The position numbers were made by a program, and so were the translations under genes. The notes below the pieces were generated by a model. The model saw nothing but the letters and a program-made list of their open reading frames with translations, searched no databases and had not been told where the DNA came from. From an uncultured Gammaproteobacteria bacterium (GTDB lineage Bacteria > Patescibacteriota > Microgenomatia > UBA1406 > GWC2-37-13): DNA of 51,514 bases. Positions 36,513-46,371 of this stretch are shown here, piece after piece. Position 1 is the stretch's first letter, and the number at the start of each line of letters is the position of its first letter. The stretch lies in the NCBI GenBank assembly GCA_964590815.1, contig CAZPYR010000001.1, positions 1-51,514 on the forward strand, read 5' to 3'.

Positions 36513-37353
36513 ATGCTGTGGGTACTAATACATGTAGTTTATCAGATGCAATGCTGAATTTTAGTTTTTTAGCTACTATTACATCATCATCACACGTAAT
36601 TTGATGATATGGTTCTCCTTGTAAAACAGTGATCCTTTTACCATGCCATTGAGTAAGTGTTTGAGTTCGTGGATCGAGGGCATTTTTAATGAGAAATACA
36701 TTTAGTATACCGTCAGTCACCGAAATATCTGGTGTTACAGAAAATCCAGGAAAACCAACATTACCACTATTTGCGACAACGAGCGAATAGCCTGTATCTT
36801 CTATAAAGGTATTATCAACAGAAATACTATATGTAGTAGGCTGTATTTGACTTAAATTTTGAATAGCTGTAATTGGATATGCAAGTTGACCAACAGTTTT
36901 TTTTAAATTTGAATCAGCCTGGATTACCATATCAGCCATAAGACCTATACTTACTCGCAAGAAAAAAGGTATGTTGTTGCAAAGGCCTACATCTATTTTT
37001 TGTATATATTTTTTCTTCTGGAGGAGTACATCAATTGCTTGTTCTATATTTGTTGGTATCTTTAATTCTTTTGCAAGGATATTTGCTGTACCACCAGGTA
37101 GAATGACAAGAGGCATGGACGTTGTATATAGTATTTTTGCGGCTTCTATGATACTCCCATCCCCCCCATATACTGCTACAGCGTCAACTTTTTTATCAAG
37201 AGCTTCTAATGTCAATTCTTTTATACCTTGATTTTGTTGAGCGACTGTAATGTGAGATTTTATCGGGGAGTCTTTCAGTTTGCGAGATAGTACGGATAGT
37301 ATTGGATAATCGGCTCCAGCGCTAGGGTTTATGATGATATATATGTTTTTCAC
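36505..37353 (-). CDS. Diacylglycerol/lipid kinase family protein (YegS/BmrU-like)
   Basis: AVYGGDGS and LPGGTANILA. GTG start. It overlaps the downstream phosphatase gene by 8 nt. Confidence 0.85.
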   Translation of the reverse strand: MKNIYIIINPSAGADYPILSVLSRKLKDSPIKSHITVAQQNQGIKELTLEALDKKVDAVAVYGGDGSIIEAAKILYTTSMPLVILPGGTANILAKELKIPTNIEQAIDVLLQKKKYIQKIDVGLCNNIPFFLRVSIGLMADMVIQADSNLKKTVGQLAYPITAIQNLSQIQPTTYSISVDNTFIEDTGYSLVVANSGNVGFPGFSVTPDISVTDGILNVFLIKNALDPRTQTLTQWHGKRITVLQGEPYHQITCDDDVIVAKKLKFSIASDKLHVLVPTAYV

Positions 37354-37399
37354 AGTATAGGTATTGTAGTCTGAACATTGTAAGAATGTGGTAAAGATA

Positions 37400-38104
37400 T
37401 TATTTTTTACCAGTTAGTAATTTTCTATTGGTTTCACGAACAGCGATTGCCGGCAGGGATTTGTTATTTTTTGATACGTATTCAGCTATTTGTATGTTAA
37501 ATTTTTTGGTACATTCACGTAAAGCCCAGGAAATAGCTTTCGTAATTAGAATGTCTTTTTCCTGTTTGAGAATTTCTATATTTTGTATGGCGAGATTATA
37601 AACTCGAATATCGGTGGTTTGACGAAGAGGTTTGCAAAGGAGGACGAGACTTGCTCTTCGATGATTGATATTGGCATGTTTGGCAAAGCGGGTTAGACCT
37701 TTGTTCCAAAGATTCCAGTTTTCTATTAATATATTCTCGTTTAGTCTGTTTTGACAAAGTGTATCTATCTCACACCAGCCTTCAAGGCTATAGAGCCATG
37801 TTTGTATATGATCAGGAGTAATTAATGATGCACTATGTTTATAGGAGTTTAATAAAAATGATCCAATTGTTTTTTCCTCAAAACTAATACCTCTCATGAG
37901 ATGGGTAACTACTTGTATCATATCTTCAAAACGTAAGTCTGGGTGTTTAAGAAAAAAAGATTTTGCGATATCTGTCTTGGCTTTTGTAGATAATCCTACA
38001 TATGGATGTTTTGTTCCCATATAGCGCTCAGGATTAAAACCCTTTAGTGGTTTTGTTGGAGCATTTTTTATAGATTCACGTATCTCTTCTGCAAGATCGC
38101 ACAT
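37400..38104 (-). CDS. DNA alkylation repair protein (AlkD-like HEAT-repeat family)
   Basis: EGWCEIDTLC...NHRRASLVLL...ITKAISWALRECTKK matches the family pattern. The start is moved to ATG 38104 (MCDLAEEI), which has a TATAAT 6 nt upstream. Confidence 0.7.
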   Translation of the reverse strand: MCDLAEEIRESIKNAPTKPLKGFNPERYMGTKHPYVGLSTKAKTDIAKSFFLKHPDLRFEDMIQVVTHLMRGISFEEKTIGSFLLNSYKHSASLITPDHIQTWLYSLEGWCEIDTLCQNRLNENILIENWNLWNKGLTRFAKHANINHRRASLVLLCKPLRQTTDIRVYNLAIQNIEILKQEKDILITKAISWALRECTKKFNIQIAEYVSKNNKSLPAIAVRETNRKLLTGKK

Positions 38105-38130
38105 AATTATATTATATATAATAGGACCAT

Positions 38131-39093
38131 ATGGAATCTTGTTTACCATCTGCTTTTATAGAAAAAATACAAATATTCTTTGGTGATAAGGCGAGTTCTA
38201 TACTGGAATCTTTTGGAAAAAAAAGGAGTATCAATGTACGCGTAAATATACTTCGCGCGTCTATAAAGGAGATTGAAGACTTTTTTAAAAAGAACAACAT
38301 CATTTATATTGTTATCTCAGCTGTACCTTTGGCATTTGTGTTGCCCAACATAACCACCAGAGATGTTACAGACTTAGAAATATATAAAGAAGGAAAAATA
38401 TATATACAGTCGCTCTCAAGTATGTTACCTGTCTTGGTGTTAGATCCTCAACCAGGAGATCATATCCTTGATATGGCGGCGGCACCGGGTAGCAAAACTT
38501 CACAGATTGCGGCTTACACAGCAAATGGAGCAGAAATCGTCGCAAACGATATAGATAGAGGACGATTATATAAACTAAAGGCTATTATGGCACAACAAGG
38601 TTGTGAACACATTACCGTTACAAGTATCCCAGGCCAAACTATTTGGCAACAATATCCCGAATATTTTGATAAAGTACTACTTGACGCTCCATGTAGTATG
38701 GAAGGTCGATTTGATTGCCAAGATAAAAAGAGCTATAAACATTGGTCAACTAAAAAAGTCAAAAATCTTGCTCGGCTTCAACAATGGCTTTTACGATCAG
38801 CGCTAAGCAGTACGAAAGTAGGTGGTACTATAGTGTATTCAACTTGTACCATTTCACCGGAAGAAAATGAAGGTGCGGTGAACTGGTTGCTGGAAAAGGA
38901 AAAAAATGCAGTAATAGTCGAAGATATAGCATTATCCGATTTGCCTATGCATAATGGTTTTACTACATGTGGAAATACTCACTATTTGCCTCAACTTATT
39001 AAAACTAAAAGAATAATACCCACAGAATATTATGAAGGATTTTATGTGGCAAAGTTGAAAAAAATACAATCGACTGTCAAAAGACTCTCATAA
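38131..39093 (+). CDS. RsmB/RsmF (NOL1/NOP2/Sun) family RNA cytosine-C5 methyltransferase
   Basis: LDMAAAPGSKTSQIA, LLDAPCSMEGR and YSTCTISPEENE. Confidence 0.85.
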   Translation: MESCLPSAFIEKIQIFFGDKASSILESFGKKRSINVRVNILRASIKEIEDFFKKNNIIYIVISAVPLAFVLPNITTRDVTDLEIYKEGKIYIQSLSSMLPVLVLDPQPGDHILDMAAAPGSKTSQIAAYTANGAEIVANDIDRGRLYKLKAIMAQQGCEHITVTSIPGQTIWQQYPEYFDKVLLDAPCSMEGRFDCQDKKSYKHWSTKKVKNLARLQQWLLRSALSSTKVGGTIVYSTCTISPEENEGAVNWLLEKEKNAVIVEDIALSDLPMHNGFTTCGNTHYLPQLIKTKRIIPTEYYEGFYVAKLKKIQSTVKRLS

Positions 39094-39094
39094 T

Positions 39095-40144
39095 TTATTG
39101 CATATATTTTTTGTAAAATTCAACAGTTCTTTGCATTGCCTGATTAAAACTATTTCCTGAAATATTGTGGCCACCAGTTTCATACTCATAAAGTTCGTGA
39201 GGTACTGTTGTCTGATCAAGTAAAGCAGCAAGATCACGACTATATCCAATATTTACGACATCGTCATCTTTTGCGTGATGAATTTGTATAGCTCCTTTAA
39301 GATCCTTTACATAATTCACAGGTGCAAATTGTTGCCAGAAGATACTATCTGCATTCGGTTCTCCTACCTTGTCAATCATCCGCTGGCGTTGTTGTCGGGG
39401 TTGTGAGCTTGGACTTGGCGGGACATAGCTATAATCTGTAATGCGATATTTTTGTAAATCTGTATATGAATACACAGCACCAGCCCATATGACCGAAGCA
39501 GGTATCTCCGGTCTTATTGCAACAGTACGCATCACTATGTTGCCTGCCATGCTGTGCCCCCATAAGCCTATTTTTTTTCCGTTTATAAAATCAGCATTTT
39601 GTAAGGCGTTATATGCTGCCAGTGTATCTTTTACATAATCTGCTGAGTAATATCCACCTCCTGCTTCACCTTCTGAGTAGGCATGTCCACGTAAATCTAT
39701 TTTAAAAACAACAAATTGATTGCGTGCAAGGTAATCAACATAGTCGGTGTATTTTTCAAATGGATTATATTGTCGGGGCGGGATATATCCATGAATAAAT
39801 ATTATGGCCGGCCATCCGTCTTGTGGAGGTGTCCCTTGTGGTACTGTTAACAGGCCATTTACTTTAAGGCCCTCTGATGAGTAACTTGTGAGGTATGTGG
39901 TATACGATGTATTTTGAGTAGCCATTTCGAGGCTGCTGAGTTGTGTCGCAAAATTTTGAGCGCGTAAATAGGGGATAGTGAGTTCTTGATAGGGAAAGAG
40001 AGTGGGACTTATTCTTAAAACTGTTTTTACATTTTTAGATATGGATTTTAGAGAAGAAGATGTTTCTTTTTTTGTTATAAAGAAAAAAAACATATATGCT
40101 ACTGGGACCAGTAATAGTAGTAATAAATATTTTTTTTGAAACAT
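39095..40144 (-). CDS. Membrane-anchored alpha/beta hydrolase (S9 peptidase/dienelactone-hydrolase-like)
   Basis: N-terminal TM segment, nucleophile elbow GLWGHSMAG, and a later HHAKDDDVV...GGH segment supplying the acid and His candidates. Confidence 0.75.
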   Translation of the reverse strand: MFQKKYLLLLLLVPVAYMFFFFITKKETSSSLKSISKNVKTVLRISPTLFPYQELTIPYLRAQNFATQLSSLEMATQNTSYTTYLTSYSSEGLKVNGLLTVPQGTPPQDGWPAIIFIHGYIPPRQYNPFEKYTDYVDYLARNQFVVFKIDLRGHAYSEGEAGGGYYSADYVKDTLAAYNALQNADFINGKKIGLWGHSMAGNIVMRTVAIRPEIPASVIWAGAVYSYTDLQKYRITDYSYVPPSPSSQPRQQRQRMIDKVGEPNADSIFWQQFAPVNYVKDLKGAIQIHHAKDDDVVNIGYSRDLAALLDQTTVPHELYEYETGGHNISGNSFNQAMQRTVEFYKKYMQ

Positions 40145-40232
40145 AATTTATTACAGTATAAACTATGATTTTTTCCATAATGTAAGGAGTTTATAGAATA
40201 CTTACTCTATTTTTTTTGTATACTAAACGAAT

Positions 40233-41141
40233 ATGACGGTAACACAGATACGACCGGATTTTGATTATCTCAAACAAAAGTGGAATGAACGTCACACAGA
40301 AATTATAGAGACATTTCATGAAAAGCATAAAGAATCTCTGGATTGGCTCAGTTTTAATTCAAAACAATTCATGCTTGGTTCTATGGCTGGTTTAGTTATG
40401 TTATCACATCCTGCTGTATCTCCTATTTACGCAGAACGATTGCTTCCAGCGCCTACTAAGAATTCAACGGATACCGCACAGGTTGCTCAACATAATCCAA
40501 GAACACAAGCAAACCTCATATCAGATTTGGCGCCATTATTGCCCTCCGCAGTACAATCGCTTTCCACAGAACAGGAAATGCAGATAGCACAAAAATTGTC
40601 AGATTATTTTCAAATGTCTGTTAGTCCGATTTTACAAGGAAAACGTCTCAATAGAAGCTATGGTATTATAGGTGCCGAACAACATTTGATGCGCTATCCT
40701 GGGGATACAATGGAAACGCATTTTACTTCAGAAGAAGATAAACGATATTGGTCTTCAGGCATGGCTCCAGGGAGAGGAGCCTGGGGGTATTTTGCAGATT
40801 CTGCTGATACTATGTCGCCAAAAGATATTGAGAGAGAGAAATATTATATTGCTGTGCAGTCTTTTTTAGCCCCAGGGTGGAATGAAAATGTAAATGAATT
40901 ATATGCTTTTTTTAAATATCGAAAAATGCTCGTGGTAAACCCAGAGAATGGTAAAGCTATAGTAGTCGTAATAGGCGATGCAGGCCCTGCCGAGTGGACC
41001 GGTAAACATCTTGGTGGTTCTCCGGAAGTTATGATGCACCTTGAACGACAGGATGGAGGAGCTCGGGGGCCAGTGTTATATTATTTCATTGATGATCCCG
41101 AAGACAAGATACCTCTGGGTCCAGTTATGCCTCATAATTAA
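40233..41141 (+). CDS. Hypothetical membrane-anchored protein, possibly with a C-terminal RlpA/DPBB-like barrel
   Basis: One TM segment near residues 45-62. The C-terminal KMLVVNPENGKAIVVVIGDAGPAEWTGKHLGGSPEVMMHL resembles RlpA-like double-psi beta-barrels. The similarity is weak and judged by eye. Confidence 0.4.
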   Translation: MTVTQIRPDFDYLKQKWNERHTEIIETFHEKHKESLDWLSFNSKQFMLGSMAGLVMLSHPAVSPIYAERLLPAPTKNSTDTAQVAQHNPRTQANLISDLAPLLPSAVQSLSTEQEMQIAQKLSDYFQMSVSPILQGKRLNRSYGIIGAEQHLMRYPGDTMETHFTSEEDKRYWSSGMAPGRGAWGYFADSADTMSPKDIEREKYYIAVQSFLAPGWNENVNELYAFFKYRKMLVVNPENGKAIVVVIGDAGPAEWTGKHLGGSPEVMMHLERQDGGARGPVLYYFIDDPEDKIPLGPVMPHN

Positions 41142-41210
41142 AGATGAGGCACAAAGCATCGTAAAAACTACAGAGTTTTTTCTAGACGATGCGTAGTATA
41201 CAATAATAAT

Positions 41211-41549
41211 ATGAAACCACATTTTTATAGTCATGTTATAGAAATAGATTCTATACATAATTCTTTAGATGAATTAGGTCTGGAGACCCAGGAAAAACAT
41301 GAGCTCATTATTATAGTTGAGTCGAGTATCCATCATGTCGTTATGGATACTGTGCTGTCAGAACTATCTGAAAGAGATAAAAAACTCTTTTTAGGACATG
41401 TAGTTTCAAAGGAGCATGAAAAAATATGGGATTTAATAAGTATGAAGATTGAAAATGTAGAAAGTAAAATTAAGCATGCGGTTGAAAATTTTAAACAGAA
41501 ACTGCATGAGGATATAAAGGAAACCACGAAAAAATCAAAAAGTGTATAA
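41211..41549 (+). CDS. Hypothetical protein, 112 aa
   Basis: An ORF with a TACAAT 6 nt upstream of the ATG. It ends 9 nt before the next gene. No recognisable motif. Confidence 0.45.
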   Translation: MKPHFYSHVIEIDSIHNSLDELGLETQEKHELIIIVESSIHHVVMDTVLSELSERDKKLFLGHVVSKEHEKIWDLISMKIENVESKIKHAVENFKQKLHEDIKETTKKSKSV

Positions 41550-41558
41550 TGTACTCCT

Positions 41559-42425
41559 ATGGCTGGTGATAAATACGCTGCAATATGGGTCTCGCATTCT
41601 TCTATCAATGATTTTTTGAAGTGTCCTCGGACATATTATTTAAAGAATATTTATAGAAGCCCGAAAACAAATCATAAAATAAAAATCATGTCTCCTCCTT
41701 TGGCTCTGGGACAAGCTGTCCATGAAGTAATTGACGCTCTTTCAGTATTACCTGTAGAAAAAAGATTTAGTGAAATGCTCATGGATCGATTTGAACGAGC
41801 ATGGGAAAAAGTGCACGGTAAACAAGGTGGATTTAGTAGCGATGATTCAGAAGCCCAGTATAAGGCTCAAGGTCGTGAGATGATAGCTAGAGTGAATAAA
41901 CATCCAGGTCCAATTGCTAAAAAGGCTGTCAAAATTAAAGCGGAATTGCCACATTCGTGGTTATCGGAAGAAGATAATATTATACTTTGTGGTAGAGTAG
42001 ATTGGTTGGAGTATATCCCAGAAACAGACTGTATTCATATCATAGATTTTAAAACGAGTAAAAATGATGAGGATGTGGATTCATTACAACTTCCTATTTA
42101 TTATATTCTGGTTAGCAACAGCCAGCACAGAAAGGTTAGTAACATAAGCTATTGGTATTTAGAGCGCAACGATGAACCAACCGAAATGCCACTCCCCGAC
42201 GTCGTAGAATCAAAAGATCGTATACTAGAAGTTGCTCGTCAGATAAAGCTGGCACGGCAACTGGATCGATTTAAATGTCCTCATGACGGCTGTAAGTACT
42301 GTAAGCCTTTTGAAGCTGTAGTTGAAGGTAAGGCTGAGTTTGTATATGTTGACGGCTATAATACAGATGTCTATATTTTAGATACCACATCTGAAAATTT
42401 GGAAGATATGAGTGAAATACTCTGA
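41559..42425 (+). CDS. PD-(D/E)XK nuclease of the RecB/Cas4-like type with a Cys cluster
   Basis: N-terminal Cys (FLKCPRTYY), GRVDWLEY, IIDFKTSK (D-x-K), QLPIYY (QxxxY) and C-terminal CPHDGCKYC. Confidence 0.75.
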   Translation: MAGDKYAAIWVSHSSINDFLKCPRTYYLKNIYRSPKTNHKIKIMSPPLALGQAVHEVIDALSVLPVEKRFSEMLMDRFERAWEKVHGKQGGFSSDDSEAQYKAQGREMIARVNKHPGPIAKKAVKIKAELPHSWLSEEDNIILCGRVDWLEYIPETDCIHIIDFKTSKNDEDVDSLQLPIYYILVSNSQHRKVSNISYWYLERNDEPTEMPLPDVVESKDRILEVARQIKLARQLDRFKCPHDGCKYCKPFEAVVEGKAEFVYVDGYNTDVYILDTTSENLEDMSEIL

Positions 42426-42427
42426 TT

Positions 42428-42997
42428 ATGAAGATTATATTAGGTTCGCAATCAAAAGGTAGAGCACAAGTGCTTATCCAAGCAGGCTATAAATTTAATA
42501 TAATGCATGCGTCTATTGATGAAAAAGCGATACGTTCTGAAAATTTTCAGGAAATGACTCTTCTCATTGCTCAAGCAAAGGCTCAGGTGTTACTACCTCA
42601 AATATCAGAGCCAGCATTGCTGATCACCGCAGACCATGTTATGGTTTGGAATGGAGAGCTGCGTGAGAAACCACAATCCATAGAAGAAGCAAAGAGATTT
42701 TTAGAAACATATTCCAATAATTTTGCTGTATCAATTTCATCTGTTGTGGTTACAAATACACAAACACTTATACAAAAATCTGGTACCGATATATCTAAAG
42801 TTTTTTTTAAAGAAATACCTACACAGGTCATAACTTCAATTTTGCAAGAAGATGATATCTTGTCAATGTCGGGAGCCTTAAATATAGATGATGTTAAGAT
42901 TGCACCTTACATTGATAGAATAGAGGGAGACAGAGACAGCGTGATAGGTTTGCCATTGAAATTGTTTGAGAAGTTATTGGTAGAATTACAAAATTAA
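42428..42997 (+). CDS. maf: Maf-like nucleoside-triphosphate pyrophosphatase
   Basis: ILGSQSKGR at the N-terminus, ITADHVMV, and the C-terminal RIEGDRDSVIGLP. Confidence 0.8.
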   Translation: MKIILGSQSKGRAQVLIQAGYKFNIMHASIDEKAIRSENFQEMTLLIAQAKAQVLLPQISEPALLITADHVMVWNGELREKPQSIEEAKRFLETYSNNFAVSISSVVVTNTQTLIQKSGTDISKVFFKEIPTQVITSILQEDDILSMSGALNIDDVKIAPYIDRIEGDRDSVIGLPLKLFEKLLVELQN

Positions 42998-43752
42998 ATA
43001 CTTGTCCATCCTCCATCTACAATAAGTGTCTGCCCCGTCATAAAACTCGATGCATCTGATGCAAGGTACACAAGCGCGCCATCGAGTTCACCTTCTCTTC
43101 CAATTCTTTTCATAGGAGAAAATGTTTGTATAAACTGATTAAATTCTTCAGTCTCCAAGTCATCAGAAGTCATTTCTGTTTTAAAAAATCCAGGCGCAAT
43201 ACTATTGACGGTAATATTATATTTAGCCCATTCTATCGCTAAAGCTTTGGTTAAACCTATGACTCCATGTTTTGAAGCATGATAATTGGCAAGAGGGTAC
43301 ATAGTATTCGCTACAAAACCATACATAGAGCTAATATTTACAATTTTGCCATATTTTTTTTCAATCATATGTCTGCCTACTGTGCTAGACATCATAAAAA
43401 CACTGCGAAGATTTACATCAAGCACCTTATCCCATTCCTGCATAGTCAACTGTTCGCTTGGGGCCGTATTGACGGCTCCTGCATTATTGACTAAAATATC
43501 TATCTTGCCACATTTTTTTATAATAGCATCTATTGCTTCATTCACTAAATTTTCATTAGTTACATCACAACATATAGCTATACATACGGAACCTTTTTTT
43601 TCTAGATTCTGTTTGACAGAGCGCAGCTTATCTTCACTTCTTGCTAAGATTGCAACAGATGCTCCTTGCTTTGCTAAAGCCTGAGCAAACTGTATACCCA
43701 ATCCACTAGAGGCCCCAGTGATAACTGCAACTTTTCCTGTAAGATCAAACAT
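42994..43752 (-). CDS. Short-chain dehydrogenase/reductase
   Basis: TGASSGLG, NNAG and YHASK. The start is moved to ATG 43752 (MFDLTGK), because 43758 is a TTG. Confidence 0.9.
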   Translation of the reverse strand: MFDLTGKVAVITGASSGLGIQFAQALAKQGASVAILARSEDKLRSVKQNLEKKGSVCIAICCDVTNENLVNEAIDAIIKKCGKIDILVNNAGAVNTAPSEQLTMQEWDKVLDVNLRSVFMMSSTVGRHMIEKKYGKIVNISSMYGFVANTMYPLANYHASKHGVIGLTKALAIEWAKYNITVNSIAPGFFKTEMTSDDLETEEFNQFIQTFSPMKRIGREGELDGALVYLASDASSFMTGQTLIVDGGWTSI

Positions 43753-43794
43753 ATTCAAATAGTATAACGATTTGTTATGAAAACTGTGAGAGAC

Positions 43795-44514
43795 TTAATG
43801 TTTTGAATATGTACCAAATGGATATGAAATTTTGTCTGCTAAATTGTATGCTCCAAATATAAAACAAAAAGATAACAAGATATAGGTAGTAAGTGTTTGC
43901 CATATTCCGTATTTTTCAAATCGTCGAGGGGAAACATGTATTTTTGTTGAAAGAATTCTGAACTTACCAAAATGAGCTGCTTTGCGAATAAAATAGATAT
44001 CATCATAGGTGTAGTCTTCTTTAAAGCCATCTGTATGCCTAAGAATTTTTTTTGTTGCAACAATACAAGATCCGGCACCTGATGGCAGAACCCATTGTGC
44101 CAGATAAAACAGTCCATTAAAAAACTGGTATATTTTTTTTATTCGCCTATCTTTAGTAATTGGGTCGTAAATGGGACAGGCTATATCAAGTTCTTTTTCA
44201 GTAAAATCATTCAAACTGTCTTTAATAAAAGTCGGTGAGCAACGGGTATCTGCGTCTAAAAAAACAACAATATCACTCACTGATTTTTGCCAGCCCGTAT
44301 TCCTTTGTTGTCCTATATTAGGTTTTTTATTATATAAACAAATATTCTGTATTAATTTAATTATTTTTCTAGTGTTATCGGTAGAACCTCCATCTACAAT
44401 GATTATTTCTTTGGGTTGAAATGTTTGTTTTTGCAAATCAGTGATAAGATTTTGAATATTTACTTCTTCATTAAGAGTAGGTATTACCACACTATATTCA
44501 GGAATTGTAGGCAT
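43795..44514 (-). CDS. Family 2 glycosyltransferase with C-terminal TM segment (candidate carotenoid glycosyltransferase)
   Basis: YSVVIPTLNEE, IIVDGGSTD and FLDADT. It is the last gene of the overlapping carotenoid operon. Confidence 0.8.
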   Translation of the reverse strand: MPTIPEYSVVIPTLNEEVNIQNLITDLQKQTFQPKEIIIVDGGSTDNTRKIIKLIQNICLYNKKPNIGQQRNTGWQKSVSDIVVFLDADTRCSPTFIKDSLNDFTEKELDIACPIYDPITKDRRIKKIYQFFNGLFYLAQWVLPSGAGSCIVATKKILRHTDGFKEDYTYDDIYFIRKAAHFGKFRILSTKIHVSPRRFEKYGIWQTLTTYILLSFCFIFGAYNLADKISYPFGTYSKH

Positions 44515-45322
44515 ACAGATATAATAAAAAACCTAATAAGCTTGTTATATAGGGAAAGCGCCAATACATTTGTATAAGCGAAATTCTGTTCGTTAAGACG
44601 AGTATGGCACAGATAGGATATACAAAGGCTAAAAAGAGAAGTGGAGAAATAATTACACTTAGGATGGCCATGCAAAGCCATAAAATCAAGCAAAGGTACA
44701 AGCTTTTATTTGTGCCTAACAGTACCGCAGTCGTTTGGATACCGGCTTCTTTATCATATTTTATATCCGGAATTGCCGAATATAGATGCATAGCTGCGGT
44801 CCATAGCAAAATTATGAGTATTACAATGAGAGGTGGAAAGTGGGATTGTAGTTGTGTAACTCCAATAAGTGCAGGAATACCATAAAGTATATTAGTTATA
44901 GAGTCGAAGAAGGGGCGGCTTTTAAATCGGAATGGAGGGGCACTATAGTAATAAGATAGCAATAAAAAAATAATAGTTAAAAAATTGCTGATAGCGTCTT
45001 GTAAAAAAAAGAGTGGTATAGTAAGCAATAAGGAAATTAAGACACTACGTTGATACAATATTAAAGTAGTATTTTGCGTAGCTTGTTCTTTAGAATTCTT
45101 TTTAGGATTGATCTTATCGGTCTCCATGTCATTTATATCATTCACTCCATATAAAAATATATTAGCGGGAATCAAGAAAAAAAGGAGAGAATACAAAAAG
45201 ACAGCATTTAGAAATGGTTCTCCGTGCTCGTATGCAAAAGTATAACCCAACAAGTATGGACCAGCCAAGTATATCCAAAATCTTGGACGAGACAATTTGA
45301 ATATAAGATTTGTTATTCTCAT
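44498..45322 (-). CDS. UbiA-family prenyltransferase, lycopene-elongase-like (CrtEb/LyeJ-like)
   Basis: LSRPRFWIYLAGPYLLG, LYGVNDINDMETDKINPKK, YSAPPFRFKSRP and SAIPDIKYDKEAGIQTTAV. As I recall them, these resemble the CrtEb/LyeJ motifs (SRPxxW..., YG(V/I)ND..D...D..NP(K/R)K). The gene is embedded between the polyprenyl synthase and GT2 genes. Confidence 0.65.
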   Translation of the reverse strand: MRITNLIFKLSRPRFWIYLAGPYLLGYTFAYEHGEPFLNAVFLYSLLFFLIPANIFLYGVNDINDMETDKINPKKNSKEQATQNTTLILYQRSVLISLLLTIPLFFLQDAISNFLTIIFLLLSYYYSAPPFRFKSRPFFDSITNILYGIPALIGVTQLQSHFPPLIVILIILLWTAAMHLYSAIPDIKYDKEAGIQTTAVLLGTNKSLYLCLILWLCMAILSVIISPLLFLAFVYPICAILVLTNRISLIQMYWRFPYITSLLGFLLYLYAYNS

Positions 45323-46371
45323 TTATTTCGTATTAAGTTGTATTTCACTAAATCCTGTAATATCTCTGTGGAAAGTCCCGCTTGTGCAAGAGCAGTTAAA
45401 GTTTCATGTATTCGATCAAGCCTTTTTTCAATTTCACGATTTATGAGAGTACGACCATGATAGCGCTCTACGCTTTCACGTACAAAGCGAAGTTCATCGG
45501 TAGAAATGGTACTTTTGCCAAAAATGGAAAGTAATTGCTGTTTATCTTTGCCAATAGCATTTTTAAACGTATACCATCGCAACAAGGTTTTTTTATTTTC
45601 ACGAATATCTGAACCGATTTGTTTGCCAATATCCTGTTCATTACCAAAAATACCCAAGTCATCATCCTTTAGTTGAAAAATAATACCCACATCTTCCCCG
45701 AACTGTTTGAGTAGAGATATGTCTTGTTTTACTCCAAATAATGATCCCAATATGAGAGGTACAGAAAAAGAATAGTGTGCTGTTTTATATAGGTACTTTT
45801 TGTATATTTCAACTTCGTTAGGTTCGGTTGCAGTCATGCCATGTGCTGTATCTGCCATTTGTGCAGGTCCCACAAGTTGAAATTCTTCGCTTGTAATCTG
45901 GACAATACTTCGCAATATAGCATTGTCAACTATGTACTTAGTCAATATTTCAAATCCCAGGAAAAAACATATGTCTCCCACACAAAGACCCATTGACTGA
46001 CCATATAATAGAGGGTTTTTGGCCTTATATTGTTCTCCTTCCTTCATGTATTGATAAAACACAGATTCTTTATTCCGTCTTTTGAAATCATTATCCATGA
46101 TATCATCATGTATAAGCAACCCTGTATGAAATATCTCAATAGCAGAAGCTGTGGCAAAAACTTCTTCATCTATGGTCTTTCCATGGATTTCAGCACCAAG
46201 TAGAACCAGCATGCCGCGTATCATTTTGCCATCTGTGACGCAATCTTTCACTTTTTGTAGTGCATTTTTTGCCTCGTGCATTGGAGAAGTCGCGATCTTG
46301 GCGTCCATACACGTATTTATGAATGATTCAAGTTGTGCTCGGTGTTGAGATATAAATTCAATAAAGGTCAT
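45319..46371 (-). CDS. Polyprenyl diphosphate synthase (GGPP-synthase-like)
   Basis: FARM motif LLIHDDIMDND and SARM motif FQLKDDDLG. No aromatic residues at -4/-5 before the FARM motif. Confidence 0.85.
   Translation of the reverse strand: MTFIEFISQHRAQLESFINTCMDAKIATSPMHEAKNALQKVKDCVTDGKMIRGMLVLLGAEIHGKTIDEEVFATASAIEIFHTGLLIHDDIMDNDFKRRNKESVFYQYMKEGEQYKAKNPLLYGQSMGLCVGDICFFLGFEILTKYIVDNAILRSIVQITSEEFQLVGPAQMADTAHGMTATEPNEVEIYKKYLYKTAHYSFSVPLILGSLFGVKQDISLLKQFGEDVGIIFQLKDDDLGIFGNEQDIGKQIGSDIRENKKTLLRWYTFKNAIGKDKQQLLSIFGKSTISTDELRFVRESVERYHGRTLINREIEKRLDRIHETLTALAQAGLSTEILQDLVKYNLIRNK

Noticed and set aside
38112-38303. Minus-strand 63-aa ORF, together with the long N-terminal extensions of several ORFs (15745..15840, 15819..15926, 18438..18524, 20398..20448, 34555..34581, 38105..38149).
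   Set aside because: The extensions overlap neighbouring genes or promoter-like elements and encode non-conserved, low-complexity peptides. Internal ATGs give N-termini that match the protein families.
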